From an uncultured virus (IMG/VR IMGVR_UViG_3300032167_000055) (lineage: Duplodnaviria; Heunggongvirae; Uroviricota; Caudoviricetes), in IMG/VR virus record IMGVR_UViG_3300032167_000055: DNA of 64,000 bases. One strand, given 5' to 3'. Numbering within the stretch: the stretch's first letter is position 1; each line of letters opens with the position of its first letter. Below are positions 1-10,707 of this stretch, piece by piece. The notes beneath the pieces were generated by a model, which was not told where the DNA came from, searched no databases, and saw only the letters and a list, made by a program, of their open reading frames with translations. The translations under genes were made by a program, and so were the position numbers.

Positions 1-1932
1 TTTCTTTTCAGGATCTTCTTTCTTATCTTCATTTTTAGCCTCCTGTGCAGCTTCAGCATTCTGCTGTTTGTCAGCGTCGGATTGCTTAGAAGTATCTTCA
101 GTAAGTTCAGGAGATGCTCCTTCCTTTTTATTAGGATCTGTGGTTTGATTAGGTTTAGCAGGTTCTTCTGCCTCCAAAACAAGTCCATATTCTTTAGCAA
201 ACTTAGCATTGCGGAATTTAATCATCTCTCCTTCAATAAATAAACGAGAGAAAACTTCATCCATTTCAATACAAGCCTCAACTGCAAGAATATTGTAACT
301 TGATCCTGAAGGAACGTTATCCGTTACATCGATAACTTCATCCATGTTTTCAACCAAAACCAAAACCTCATCTTCCAGAGATTTTCCTCTCTGAATGATA
401 TTTTGAATAACAACACCGAGGAAGTTTCTGTAATCTTTCTCGAAATCATTGACAAGTTTAATCATTTCCATACGAACTAATTCGTTAGGGATTACATTAT
501 CCATGTTATTTTCAAGATACTTAATAGTTTCCTCGATCTCGTCATATACATCTTTAATCTCTTCACCCAATTCAATCATATTTTTTTCAGAAGCTCTCAT
601 TTCAGCAAGAATAGAAAACAATACATCTGTCTTTGATTTTCCTGCATTTAAAGCATCAAAATATCTAGAGATATTATTGATTTCTGAAATCATCATAGAG
701 AAGCGAGCTGTTAAAGATTCACCAATACCTGCAGCATTCATAATTGCTTCAGGAGATGCATATTGATCTTTTACTGCAACAACGATTCTTTCAAGACCGG
801 ATTCAATCTTATCAAGAGTATCGAAAAGGTCTCCATAAGGATAATTGTCGTCATTGTACTGATCCATAATGAAATCAATAGAGGTCTGTTTAGCAGATCT
901 ACTGTTTTCATATGTACTTTTAGCTTTATCATAAGTTCTTCTAGACCAATCAATTAAGGAACTCGCGTCACCATGAATGATATGGTTTACTGTAGTATCA
1001 ATATCAGCTGCTGCTAATGAATACTCAAAAACTGATTCATGATATACATTACTTCCCTCCGGATTGTACTTAAGAACTTTTCTGTATAACTCCATATAGG
1101 AATTTACGTTAAATGTGTAGGTATCAATCTTAGTAATAAGAGTAAATACCAAATAGGTGATGAGTTCATCCATAAGTCTGTTCTGATTAAACAGATAATA
1201 GTTTAACGTATTAACAACTTCACCACTAATCTGCCCTTTATCTTTAAGAGCTACAGCAGTATCCGTATATGATCTCATTAAACCGACTGAAGTATTAATT
1301 GCAACTTTAACAGCAGCAATCTCTTCCTGAAGTTCTCTCTTCTTTACAGGGAAAGAACGAAGGAATGGAATACATAAAGTCATAATAGCCTGAGAATCCA
1401 TAGGGACGATATTAGGTCTTTCCTGAGACTTAATATATCCTTTAATATCAGTTACAGGCTTTGTTGAAACGACAAGCTGTCTCTTGATCTTAGAAGTCAT
1501 ATCAGGAGTAAATGTTGTCATCAAATCTCTCATCGAAACTTTACTGTTTACGATATTATTAATTTCAGATGCCGCAGATTTTGCAATCTGAGTTAAATAC
1601 TCAGGTTTCAATCTTCCAATTTCATTCACATTCTTAAGAGGTGTAGAAAGAGGAATTTCATCCAACTCTTCAGTATGCTGAATCTTTGTAAAGAATTCAG
1701 CCATTTGGTCAGCGTCAACTGCAATATCAGATAATACTGCAAATGCATCATCAATCTTTTTGATATATTTATCACTTACGTTGTTGATTACCGGAACTAA
1801 TACTTTAGAAGCATCAGGATTACCCATAGCATTTTCAACAAGTAATTTTGCACATTGTACATCATAGTTAGTTACATTATCAGAAGATTCCATAATCAAA
1901 CCATGCTGTACTGAAAGAATAGATTCAAACAT
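1..1932 (-). CDS. Large putative virion/internal head protein, 3' end runs off the window
   Basis: ATG at 1932 (MFESILSVQHG...); the frame is open at both ends checked (...DKKEDPEKK at base 1); last gene of a co-directional late cluster; missing from the ORF track because there is no stop in the window. Confidence 0.7.
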   Translation of the reverse strand, partial: MFESILSVQHGLIMESSDNVTNYDVQCAKLLVENAMGNPDASKVLVPVINNVSDKYIKKIDDAFAVLSDIAVDADQMAEFFTKIQHTEELDEIPLSTPLKNVNEIGRLKPEYLTQIAKSAASEINNIVNSKVSMRDLMTTFTPDMTSKIKRQLVVSTKPVTDIKGYIKSQERPNIVPMDSQAIMTLCIPFLRSFPVKKRELQEEIAAVKVAINTSVGLMRSYTDTAVALKDKGQISGEVVNTLNYYLFNQNRLMDELITYLVFTLITKIDTYTFNVNSYMELYRKVLKYNPEGSNVYHESVFEYSLAAADIDTTVNHIIHGDASSLIDWSRRTYDKAKSTYENSRSAKQTSIDFIMDQYNDDNYPYGDLFDTLDKIESGLERIVVAVKDQYASPEAIMNAAGIGESLTARFSMMISEINNISRYFDALNAGKSKTDVLFSILAEMRASEKNMIELGEEIKDVYDEIEETIKYLENNMDNVIPNELVRMEMIKLVNDFEKDYRNFLGVVIQNIIQRGKSLEDEVLVLVENMDEVIDVTDNVPSGSSYNILAVEACIEMDEVFSRLFIEGEMIKFRNAKFAKEYGLVLEAEEPAKPNQTTDPNKKEGASPELTEDTSKQSDADKQQNAEAAQEAKNEDKKEDPEKK

Positions 1933-1968
1933 AATATTATTCTCCAATCTTTTAGATTTGCTTATGGT

Positions 1969-3072
1969 TTAAACACCACATTCGGATTCAACTTTTTTAG
2001 CTGTATTCTTAATGGTGTTTAATTCTTTTGAAATAGCGCCCATGACTTTTCGGATACCAGATAAAGCAGTATTAACAACTTCTCCCTCTTCGGAATCTTT
2101 TGCTCCTTTAGCTTTATTTAAAAGGTCATCCTTTAAATCTGAAAGCTTTTTGATAGCACCGGTACAGAACTCAATCTGTGCAGAGAAGAAAGATGAAATT
2201 TTTTTGAATATATCACTGAAAGAAACTGATTCCGTAACATAATCACCAGAAACTTCATCAAGGAAAGATTCATTTTTTGCTCTATCCCATTCGTGCTTTT
2301 CACGTGCTCTTGTATCCTGTTCATCTTCACGTCGTATACGTCGTTCACGATCTTCTGTAGCTTGATTTCTGTCAGTTGTTCTGTCATTTCTGTCTGAAAT
2401 ATAATCGTCCCATTTACGATTTTCACGTGCTCTTTTTGTATTTCTATCATTTATAGAATTATTTCTATCACGTAAATTGTCAACAGCTGCAACAGCGCCA
2501 CCTACAGCACTAACTACACCTACAATTGCTGCTATATTCTTAGCAACACTTGCAAATTTTTCAAGAGCACCTTCAATCTTTTCACCGAAAGTTTTTTTGT
2601 CAATAGTACCTTTCATAAGATCATTAGTGATCTTAGTAGCTTCATCTAAAAGCTTATTCATATCTTTAACATCATGAGCCTTAATATTACCACTCATAAC
2701 GCCCTTCAAAAAGTCCTCAGCTAACTTCGGATCATTTCTCATAGCGTTTGCAAATTTTTCATCCGTAGACTTCTTTCTAGCACCAGTCAATGCATCTTTA
2801 ATTGCATTTCCGGTATCTTTAAGTAAGTCAATAAATGAATTGAAGATATTGATGATTGTTTCTCCAATTCTTGTAAAAATATTCTTCTTTTCTGCTTCCA
2901 ATACCAAGATCTCGTTATCTACACTCTCACCGAAATATTCTTTTTCAGCAATGATGTTTTCTAACTTAATAAGATCATTCAAGGTATCTTTTGATTCGAG
3001 CAGAAGATAATAGGATTCACACATGAATTGATCATGTGGAGCATATTCATGGATATATGATGATTTAATCAT
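1969..3072 (-). CDS. Putative virion (internal head) protein
   Basis: 367-aa ORF with RBS and an upstream AACA-N6-TA motif; acidic N-terminus followed by an 'LEAEKKNIFTRIGETI' amphipathic helix as in neighbouring paralogues. Confidence 0.7.
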   Translation of the reverse strand: MIKSSYIHEYAPHDQFMCESYYLLLESKDTLNDLIKLENIIAEKEYFGESVDNEILVLEAEKKNIFTRIGETIINIFNSFIDLLKDTGNAIKDALTGARKKSTDEKFANAMRNDPKLAEDFLKGVMSGNIKAHDVKDMNKLLDEATKITNDLMKGTIDKKTFGEKIEGALEKFASVAKNIAAIVGVVSAVGGAVAAVDNLRDRNNSINDRNTKRARENRKWDDYISDRNDRTTDRNQATEDRERRIRREDEQDTRAREKHEWDRAKNESFLDEVSGDYVTESVSFSDIFKKISSFFSAQIEFCTGAIKKLSDLKDDLLNKAKGAKDSEEGEVVNTALSGIRKVMGAISKELNTIKNTAKKVESECGV

Positions 3073-3169
3073 GTCCTATCTCTACCTACCTTTCATATTT
3101 CCTATTATTCATGATTTCTTAGAAAAATGTTCCCTACTACTTTTTAAGTCTCGATAAAACCAACACTTC

Positions 3170-4132
3170 TTATACCTTAGGTTTGAAGAATTCCTTCGCA
3201 CTACTCATTGCTGACTGAACAGTCGAATCACTCTTAATTCCTTTTACTGTGTTGGCTACTTGTTTAACCCCTTTTCTAGTAGCAGAGTTTCTAACATACG
3301 CTTTAGCACCAGCTCTTACAAAATCTCTGTGTTCTACAGCAGCGGATACCTTATCAATCACTCCAGCTTCTCCACTCATAAGCTTCTCAAATGTTCCAGT
3401 AACTTCAGTAATACAAGTGATAATATCTTTTTCTTTTTTATGATAAAAAACAGATAAAATCTTTTGTGCAGTACTTTCTTTAGTTAACTTAGTTAATTTA
3501 TCTTGAAGCTTTTTGGCTTCTGCTTCACCGAGTTCATCTTCGATATTAGCAATAACACTACTGCATTTACTAAGACCTGCTTGAACCATTTGTGCCATTT
3601 CAGGAGATTTTCTCGCTAATGATAAACAAAGATCCACTGTAACAGCAGCAGTTGCTGAATTTGCTAAAGATGCTAAATTCGTAAACATTTCATTTGCTTT
3701 CATATTTAATCCTCTAGCATCTACAGTGTCATCGTTCATGTATTTAACGATGTTCTTTTCGATCTTGTCATATTCACGCATAATTCGTTGCCAGTCTTTA
3801 ACTGTAACTTTTTTATTTTTAACTTTAGGATTTGTTTTTACAAATTCTTGGAATTGTCTAAATTTCTCTTTCTGTTTCTTAGAAAGCAAACCATAACGAA
3901 CGTGGTTTGATAAAGAATCAATTCCCTTTTTAATAAGCGCTCTTGCCTCATTGATAATTTTCTTAATGAAATTTACAATCTTAGTTATAACACCTTCTTT
4001 TTTTCCATCGGTTGCTTCTAAGCAATAAATCGTATCAAGTCTAGTCCATAACTTTAATTGATCATAAATAACATCAAGATCATTTTGTGTGGATTCGAAG
4101 TATTCATTAACTAATACATTCATTTTACTCAC
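3170..4132 (-). CDS. Putative virion (internal head) protein
   Basis: 320-aa ORF; 'LEATDGKKEGVITKIVNFIKKII' motif shared with neighbours. Confidence 0.7.
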   Translation of the reverse strand: MSKMNVLVNEYFESTQNDLDVIYDQLKLWTRLDTIYCLEATDGKKEGVITKIVNFIKKIINEARALIKKGIDSLSNHVRYGLLSKKQKEKFRQFQEFVKTNPKVKNKKVTVKDWQRIMREYDKIEKNIVKYMNDDTVDARGLNMKANEMFTNLASLANSATAAVTVDLCLSLARKSPEMAQMVQAGLSKCSSVIANIEDELGEAEAKKLQDKLTKLTKESTAQKILSVFYHKKEKDIITCITEVTGTFEKLMSGEAGVIDKVSAAVEHRDFVRAGAKAYVRNSATRKGVKQVANTVKGIKSDSTVQSAMSSAKEFFKPKV

Positions 4133-4943
4133 CTCTGAATGATTTCTTTACTTCGTTATCAATTTCACGAATTACAGCATCAATCTCAATCATAATTTCT
4201 CGTTGAACTTTGATTTCATCTGTAGCCATTTCAGAAAGCATTCTAGCGTAAACTGTCATTACATCTGTGATATCAGTAACTTCAGTTTTTTCAGTTGCAG
4301 ATTCAAAAACGGTATTAGAAAAATCAATATTTTCAAGATCCTCAACTGTATCATTTGCCGATTTGTCCGTAGAATTAATAACTTCATACATCCCATCTAA
4401 AAATTCGGTTGAAAGAAACTTAATAGCTAAAATAGATGATATAGTGATTCCAGCTTTTTCAAAATCTGAAAGTTCATTTTTATATCTATCAAATGCAATC
4501 TTAAGCTCTTCCTTAGTAGTTCCTTTCTTTCGAATTAAACGTTTAAACGCTTCTTTTTCACGTTTAATAAATCGTGCTTTAGGAGTATAATCTTTAAACT
4601 TAACTTTTAATTCTTTAAGTTTGGAATCTTTATTTATTGCTGAAAGTAATCTTTCAAGTCGTCCTTCAGCAGCTTTTTCTTTTCTGAATTTCTGAAAGTT
4701 CATCTTTGTATCGTGAATAAATTCTTTCAATCTTTTTATGATTAAATCAATAGCAGCTTTAAGCTTTGTTAAGAAAGAGTCACTTGCTTCAGTAATAAAA
4801 ATAGAACTTGAGGTGTTTAAAGTGGACTCCACATACTCCTCAAGTTCTACTTTTAATTGAAGAGACGCTCTTTCCATATATGAATCAAACCAACTTAATG
4901 GTTTAACCATAAAATCCATAGAATTCTGAAAAATTGCGTCCAT
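4125..4943 (-). CDS. Putative virion (internal head) protein
   Basis: Likely start MDAIFQ at 4943 after AAAGGT; 'ITEASDSFLTKLKAAIDLII' motif. Confidence 0.65.
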   Translation of the reverse strand: MDAIFQNSMDFMVKPLSWFDSYMERASLQLKVELEEYVESTLNTSSSIFITEASDSFLTKLKAAIDLIIKRLKEFIHDTKMNFQKFRKEKAAEGRLERLLSAINKDSKLKELKVKFKDYTPKARFIKREKEAFKRLIRKKGTTKEELKIAFDRYKNELSDFEKAGITISSILAIKFLSTEFLDGMYEVINSTDKSANDTVEDLENIDFSNTVFESATEKTEVTDITDVMTVYARMLSEMATDEIKVQREIMIEIDAVIREIDNEVKKSFRGE

Positions 4944-4968
4944 ATTTTTTACCTTTCTTTCAAAGGGA

Positions 4969-5868
4969 TTATTCAGTAACAGGTTCACCAATTACAGATG
5001 AATCACCAGATTCAACCTGAGTCATTTCATCGTCAGTTGCATCGTGTGCCTGAATACGAGCAGGTTTTACCGGTTCATTAGAGTTTTTCTCATCAGTATC
5101 TGTAACATCATTTCCTGTAAGTTTAGATTTAATAGCTTTAACTGCCTTACCAATCCACTCACCAATCTTCTTAAAGATATTAAGAACACCGGTTGCACCA
5201 CCTTCATCATTAGGGGTATCATTTACACCCTGTACAGATTTCTGGAACTTAGGAAGCATATTTTTAAGTTTCTCAAGAATTCCGACAGCTTCACCCTTAG
5301 TGATTTCAGTTTCCTGAGTAGTAGCTTCACCCATATGTTTAATAAGTGCAGTTGCACCAGCAACACCACCACCTACAGCTACCGTAGCACCGATAATCTT
5401 AGCAACTTTACCAAACTTTCCTTCAGAAGGTTCCTGTGTATCTAATGCATTGGCGATTGCTTCACCCTTATCAGCAAGGAACTTAACATTCATAGGAAGT
5501 TTAATCTTTTCCTTACTAGCCTGAAGCTTCTTGTAGGCTTCCGTATCTTCCTTGGTAAACAACTTCTGAATGCTGTTCCATACAGATACAAAGAAAGAAA
5601 TAACTGCATTCTTAACCTTAGTGAATACACCTTCCTTATTTGCTTCTGCTTCTTTACCTGCTTCATTGAAGAGATATACAAGGTCACCCTGAGCACTTTC
5701 AGTAGTGCTTTCAGTCATAACCTTAAGCTCACTCTTAGCCATATTAATCTTAAGCTTAGCATCAATCATAGATTCCAGATATGCTGCTTCAGCCATAGCA
5801 ATATCAAATGCTTTTTCAGCGATCGTCATCTCACGATCAAATTCGTCCATAGCGAATACATTGAACAT
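4969..5868 (-). CDS. Putative virion (internal head) protein
   Basis: 299-aa ORF with AGGAGG RBS; 'FNEA...EGVFTKVKNAVISFF' motif. Confidence 0.7.
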   Translation of the reverse strand: MFNVFAMDEFDREMTIAEKAFDIAMAEAAYLESMIDAKLKINMAKSELKVMTESTTESAQGDLVYLFNEAGKEAEANKEGVFTKVKNAVISFFVSVWNSIQKLFTKEDTEAYKKLQASKEKIKLPMNVKFLADKGEAIANALDTQEPSEGKFGKVAKIIGATVAVGGGVAGATALIKHMGEATTQETEITKGEAVGILEKLKNMLPKFQKSVQGVNDTPNDEGGATGVLNIFKKIGEWIGKAVKAIKSKLTGNDVTDTDEKNSNEPVKPARIQAHDATDDEMTQVESGDSSVIGEPVTE

Positions 5869-5896
5869 GTTTCATGTCCTCCTTATTGAATTATTA

Positions 5897-6871
5897 TTAA
5901 TGAACATCCGGATCAACATAACGATCGGAATTGACATATACTTTATTTTTCTTTTTATTAAGTTTATTACGATTCTTTTTATCACGTTCTGCGATTTTAT
6001 CCTGAGATTTAACTCCTTTCTTGATATTGGTATCAAGTTGAGAGAGTTTAATGTCTTCAACCGCTGTATCTACAGTACGCTTTGCAGAATCGATTTTAGA
6101 CTTAATACGACCTTTTGTCGTAGTCAAAGTTTCTACATTTTTCTCCATACGAGCTTTTACGTAATTACCTACATATAAAGCTCTAATAGATTTATTGATA
6201 GAATTGATTCCACCACCTGTTATTTCACTCATACTGTTTAAAACAATTTGAGTTGCCTGTTTAATGGTTTCATCATTCATTCCACCTTCAGTACGAGCCG
6301 CCTTTTCACTAAGGCGATTAATTTCTGCAGAGCATGCTTCAAATGCTTCTTCGGCATCTGCTTTCCATTTACTCATACTCTTATCAGCAATTTTGGAAAT
6401 CCCAAATAAACTTCCGGCTGATATCGCTACAGTTCCTATAGCACCGAAAGCTCCCTTCTTTTCTTCACAAAATGCTTTTGCTTCATCTACAGAGACTTCT
6501 CCACGTAAGCATTTCTGTAAAAAATCCTTATATTTAGGAACTTCACCGTTAAGAATTTTAATAACTCCATCCGGATTTTTCTCACATTTAATCTTTTCAT
6601 TTGCTCTACTCTCATCAAGTTTAGCGCCGAAAAGAAAACTTTTCATTTTCTTACCTGCTTCAGTAAGCATTCTAGAGATGCTTTCAAAGATCCTTTTAAT
6701 AAAACCAAACAAACCACCAGATGCTTTTTGTTCACCTGCCTCTCTGATATAGGATGGAATTATTCCATCCTCAATCAGACGAGCATTAGCATAAGCAACT
6801 GCGTTTGTAAATTCGGTATAGATCTGATTGAATTCCATCTCCATGCTTTCAGCAAAAAGAATATTACTCAT
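5897..6871 (-). CDS. Putative virion (internal head) protein
   Basis: 324-aa ORF with RBS; 'IREA...GLFGFIKRIFESI' motif. Confidence 0.7.
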   Translation of the reverse strand: MSNILFAESMEMEFNQIYTEFTNAVAYANARLIEDGIIPSYIREAGEQKASGGLFGFIKRIFESISRMLTEAGKKMKSFLFGAKLDESRANEKIKCEKNPDGVIKILNGEVPKYKDFLQKCLRGEVSVDEAKAFCEEKKGAFGAIGTVAISAGSLFGISKIADKSMSKWKADAEEAFEACSAEINRLSEKAARTEGGMNDETIKQATQIVLNSMSEITGGGINSINKSIRALYVGNYVKARMEKNVETLTTTKGRIKSKIDSAKRTVDTAVEDIKLSQLDTNIKKGVKSQDKIAERDKKNRNKLNKKKNKVYVNSDRYVDPDVH

Positions 6872-6895
6872 ATCATCTCTTTCCTTTCTTACAAA

Positions 6896-7561
6896 TTAAA
6901 ATACTGCAAATACCGGTTTTTCAACAGCAGGTTTAACACCATTTAACTCATCAGCTATTCTTGCAACCTGATTAAAGATACCAGATACTGCATAATACAA
7001 CATCTTTACTCTACTCAGGTTAGCAAGTTTATCAAGAATTGTTACCTGGCGAATCTCCTGTTTAAACTCATTTACAATATCTCTTATAGAGAAAAGAGTA
7101 TTAAGACACTGAAGTGCAAGTTCAACACTTACAACCGCTTCAGCATTATTTTTATTTTCTCCAAAACAAAAGATGGACTTAATGAAATCATCATCCTTTA
7201 AAATAACATCATTGATCTTCTCAATGATTTCAGGATTAGAAAGTTCAGCCATCTTAAATTCATCGATATAAGTCTTCATACCTTTAAGGTATTCCTGATA
7301 CTGGTTGAAAGCAAATGCAAAATCCATTGCTTTAACACTAGCAGACTTATTACCATACATTTTCTTGATTCCAAATCCTGCGTTATCACCATAGAAAAAG
7401 GAAACGATGGATCTGTCGATAGTATCATAAAAATCTTTTATTGTGTTTTCACTACAATCAGGATTTTCACCATTTTCCAACATACCACAAACGTTCTTAA
7501 ATCCTATTTCCATATCACGGAGGATTTCGTCTTTGTTTATAACGATCCTGTCACCTTCCAT
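6896..7561 (-). CDS. Hypothetical protein in late gene cluster
   Basis: 221-aa ORF with AGGAGG RBS. Confidence 0.7.
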   Translation of the reverse strand: MEGDRIVINKDEILRDMEIGFKNVCGMLENGENPDCSENTIKDFYDTIDRSIVSFFYGDNAGFGIKKMYGNKSASVKAMDFAFAFNQYQEYLKGMKTYIDEFKMAELSNPEIIEKINDVILKDDDFIKSIFCFGENKNNAEAVVSVELALQCLNTLFSIRDIVNEFKQEIRQVTILDKLANLSRVKMLYYAVSGIFNQVARIADELNGVKPAVEKPVFAVF

Positions 7562-7576
7562 GTTCGGTATCCTCCT

Positions 7577-8581
7577 TTACAGTAAAATATCGTAGGGTGC
7601 TGAATCAACTTCTCTACGCGTGTCACCGAGAGTTAAAGATGCATTATCTTTCTTACGATCGATAGCAGAATCTCTATTCGCTCTAGCAACATCAACTTTG
7701 AGTTTATCACTCATCTTCGTAAATAAAATACGAAGTTTTTCCTGTTTAGCAAGGATTTTATCCTTCTTATTTCTGTCAAATGTATTATTAGCCTCAACAC
7801 AAGACTTATTAAGCTCGAGGAAATAAGCCTGTAAAGCTAACGCATCTGACAGCTTTGATTTCATGCGATATGCGTGATATACTAAAGATCTTGTTACCGG
7901 TACAATTGCTAAAAGTACAGTTACAGCAACAGCTGTAATGCCAACAGCAGTAGCACCGACAAAGTTATCTTTATCTTTCTTTAAAACAGAAGTCAAATAA
8001 TTACGGTAGTTTCCTACAGCATTGATTCTGTTAAATTTAGACAGTTGCTCAATAAAGAAAGCACCTGCGCGGTATCTTGTATTACGGATTTTAATCTGAT
8101 AATTTGTATCAGAAAATCCTTTAATGAATTCAACGAATTCAGAAAGAATACTAGATGTGGCTTCAACACAAGAATACACAAACATATTGTATTCAGTCAT
8201 CACATATTCGTTCTTTGTTTTAAAGCCCTCTTCGTACAAATCTCCAAGGACTTCGATATTATGGATTGCTGTAAGCACAGTTTCAACTGCGTCTGAACAA
8301 TCTTTGATATGTTCTGCTATAGAAAGATTCTTAGCAGTGTTTAACGTTTCTACCATACTCTGGTATCCAGAATATTTAGAAATTCTACCCTTTGAATCTG
8401 GGATATCATCAAAATTAATATGTCCTTTGGACACAACCTGGTTATACAGGTTTTCGATATATTTATTCGTAATAGGAGACGTTGCATCTTCTAAAACAAA
8501 TCTTACATCCTCAATCTTTACAGAGTTATCGGATTCTGCTAAAATCTCGGATGCTTCCTTATAGAAGTCATAATGAGCCAT
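7577..8581 (-). CDS. Putative virion structural protein
   Basis: 334-aa ORF with RBS and one hydrophobic segment; lies in a late operon. Confidence 0.65.
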   Translation of the reverse strand: MAHYDFYKEASEILAESDNSVKIEDVRFVLEDATSPITNKYIENLYNQVVSKGHINFDDIPDSKGRISKYSGYQSMVETLNTAKNLSIAEHIKDCSDAVETVLTAIHNIEVLGDLYEEGFKTKNEYVMTEYNMFVYSCVEATSSILSEFVEFIKGFSDTNYQIKIRNTRYRAGAFFIEQLSKFNRINAVGNYRNYLTSVLKKDKDNFVGATAVGITAVAVTVLLAIVPVTRSLVYHAYRMKSKLSDALALQAYFLELNKSCVEANNTFDRNKKDKILAKQEKLRILFTKMSDKLKVDVARANRDSAIDRKKDNASLTLGDTRREVDSAPYDILL

Positions 8582-8602
8582 AATAACTAAATCCTTTCTG
8601 TA

Positions 8603-9976
8603 TTACTGAGAGATCATTCTTCCAATTTCTTTTCCAAGTTTATTAGAAGATAAAGAAACTTCTCTTTCAAGAGTTTCCAAAGTGTAGGTTTCGAAGGAAT
8701 CATTTCCTTCATATAAGATATCAATAGTCTCACTACCTTCATCTACAATGATAAAAGCGAGTAAGAATAATTCTTTGATTACTTTCTTAGCAAAGTAAAT
8801 ATCTCGTACATCGAACCCATACTCATTCTTAAGATCATCAACCTCAAAAGAAGAAATTACGAAAGTTGCATTAGGAACCAACTTCGTAACTCCAGATAAT
8901 GAAACGTTGAATTTCTTTTCCTTAAGTCTCTTAAGAGTAGGGAACCAAGGGGAAGCACCTCTTGAACGGTATGATGTATCCATTTTGATATCATCTAAAT
9001 GAAGTACCAAGTCTTTGAAGAAAGAAATTTCACCTGTAGTCCAACGAATAAAGTTAAACGTAAAGTTACGATTCTTCAATACATTTCCGATGTTGCTAAC
9101 CATTTCTCTTGATTTAGCTACATGAAGAATTGCTTTGATACCGACGATAAAGTCAATATACTGAACAAATTCCTTTCTATCATTTACAGCCATTAAACGA
9201 ACAGAAAGTCCATAAGGCTGAAGTTCATTAACTCGTTTTGCATCACGATCTACCATTCTAGGAGTGTTTAAATCCTTAGAATATTTATGACCTTCATCAC
9301 GTGAAGTAGCTGCTGCAGATGCATTAGCATTGTCAATAACACTACGAAGAATATCTTCCTTCATAGTTTTATTACTTGCTTCACTTACAGGGAAAGGTCT
9401 TAAATCAAAATCAGAAAGGTGTTCCTTAAAGAGTCTTCTATTTTCATCCATAACATCGGAATTAATAGCAGCTTCTGAGAAAGCAACACCGAAAGTTCCG
9501 GTTTCATCGAGATATAATTTATATTCACCATTGTATACCTTATCTATTACACTTTCGTATAAATCTTCAGGTACAGAAAGATTAGGACACTCAGACTCCA
9601 TAAAACTACGAAGTGCATTAGTCTCCCTTTCAGATCTGAAAAGTGCATCTTCATCGATAGCAGATTCCAATCTTAAGTTTTGGTGTAATCGCTTCATATA
9701 ATCAAGCGGACTTCTATCGATAGTGATATCGATAAGCGGATTGGATGCGATTACGGTCTGTACAAAAGATGCGTACACGCGATCCATATTCTTCGTAACG
9801 GCAGAAGCCATATTTAGAGGAATAGAGTCCGCAATAATACATGGGAATTGACACGTAGTGCCTTTAGCTCTACGGGCGATGCTCTTGGTATTCATATTAC
9901 CTAAGTCTTCAATATCTTTGGTTAAATTCTTACCCTTTCTTGCAAGAGAAAGAATCTCGTCCATGAAAAGAGCCAT
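8603..9976 (-). CDS. Putative virion structural protein
   Basis: 457-aa ORF, AGGAGG RBS, upstream AACA-TTATTT-TA late-promoter-like motif. Confidence 0.65.
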   Translation of the reverse strand: MALFMDEILSLARKGKNLTKDIEDLGNMNTKSIARRAKGTTCQFPCIIADSIPLNMASAVTKNMDRVYASFVQTVIASNPLIDITIDRSPLDYMKRLHQNLRLESAIDEDALFRSERETNALRSFMESECPNLSVPEDLYESVIDKVYNGEYKLYLDETGTFGVAFSEAAINSDVMDENRRLFKEHLSDFDLRPFPVSEASNKTMKEDILRSVIDNANASAAATSRDEGHKYSKDLNTPRMVDRDAKRVNELQPYGLSVRLMAVNDRKEFVQYIDFIVGIKAILHVAKSREMVSNIGNVLKNRNFTFNFIRWTTGEISFFKDLVLHLDDIKMDTSYRSRGASPWFPTLKRLKEKKFNVSLSGVTKLVPNATFVISSFEVDDLKNEYGFDVRDIYFAKKVIKELFLLAFIIVDEGSETIDILYEGNDSFETYTLETLEREVSLSSNKLGKEIGRMISQ

Positions 9977-10048
9977 CGTTATTCCCTCCTTTCCTTTAAT
10001 GATAATTTAAAATAATGTTTTTCACTGTATTTTATATAAGCTTAAAAA

Positions 10049-10082
10049 TTCAAGGGAAAACCACTAAAGTTTTCCCTTGAAT
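10049..10082. terminator. Intrinsic terminator-like hairpin
   Basis: TTCAAGGGAAAAC...GTTTTCCCTTGAA inverted repeat with A/T-rich flanks. Confidence 0.6.
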
Positions 10083-10090
10083 AAAAAATA

Positions 10091-10100
10091 TAACTAACCT
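10091..10100 (-). repeat. Cassette 3'-end motif AGGTTAGTTA
   Basis: Same motif follows the stop codon of every second (adhesin-like) cassette gene: about 10091, 44272, 55902, 57144, 62603. Confidence 0.65.
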
Positions 10101-10106
10101 ACGTTT

Positions 10107-10694
10107 TTAAGCCGTATTTGTTAAAACAACTGATTGAACACCTATACCACCATTTACAAAATAATATTGATTTGAAGATCTATTATATAAATTTACTCTG
10201 GCTTTAATAGATGATAAATTTGACGTTGCCAATGTTAATTCTGGTTGGTAAATAGTACCGGCTTTAGAAGCATATGTGAATGTTACCAATGTTGTCCACG
10301 TCGATCCACCATTAGTACTATATTCAAGTGTTGCATCTCCATAGTTTGAATAAATACAAGCCCATAATTTAACTTTAGCATATGTGAAATTTTTAATATT
10401 ACTTGTAAAAGTCATAATGTCTTTTGTTGCTGAATATGATCCTCCAGAATTACGTGCTGTTTCACCGTTATTTGTATCATTTGATGCAATATAAGTTGTA
10501 TTATTTATAGAAACGGCAGTTCTACTAAAATAACAATTGTATGTTTGTTCAAATGACGCAGTAAATGCTGTTAAAGTTTGTGGTACCTCCCATATAGTAG
10601 TACCATTACATACAACTTTAGTTATATTAGTACCATTTACTTTAATACTACCTTCTGTAGTAGGTATAGTAGTTCCATTCATAACTATAGACAT
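10107..10694 (-). CDS. Putative tail-fibre tip adhesin (second gene of cassette 1)
   Basis: N-terminus MSIVMNGTTIPTTEGSIKVNGTNITKV shared with 55925, 57178 and 62625 ORFs; divergent beta-rich C-terminus; GGAGGT RBS. Confidence 0.75.
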   Translation of the reverse strand: MSIVMNGTTIPTTEGSIKVNGTNITKVVCNGTTIWEVPQTLTAFTASFEQTYNCYFSRTAVSINNTTYIASNDTNNGETARNSGGSYSATKDIMTFTSNIKNFTYAKVKLWACIYSNYGDATLEYSTNGGSTWTTLVTFTYASKAGTIYQPELTLATSNLSSIKARVNLYNRSSNQYYFVNGGIGVQSVVLTNTA

Positions 10695-10707
10695 ATTCTA
10701 CACCTCC

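Noticed and set aside
449..9701. Plus-strand ORFs overlapping the head-protein cluster (and similar ones elsewhere)
   Set aside because: Antisense shadows of long minus-strand genes, without RBS or recognisable motifs.
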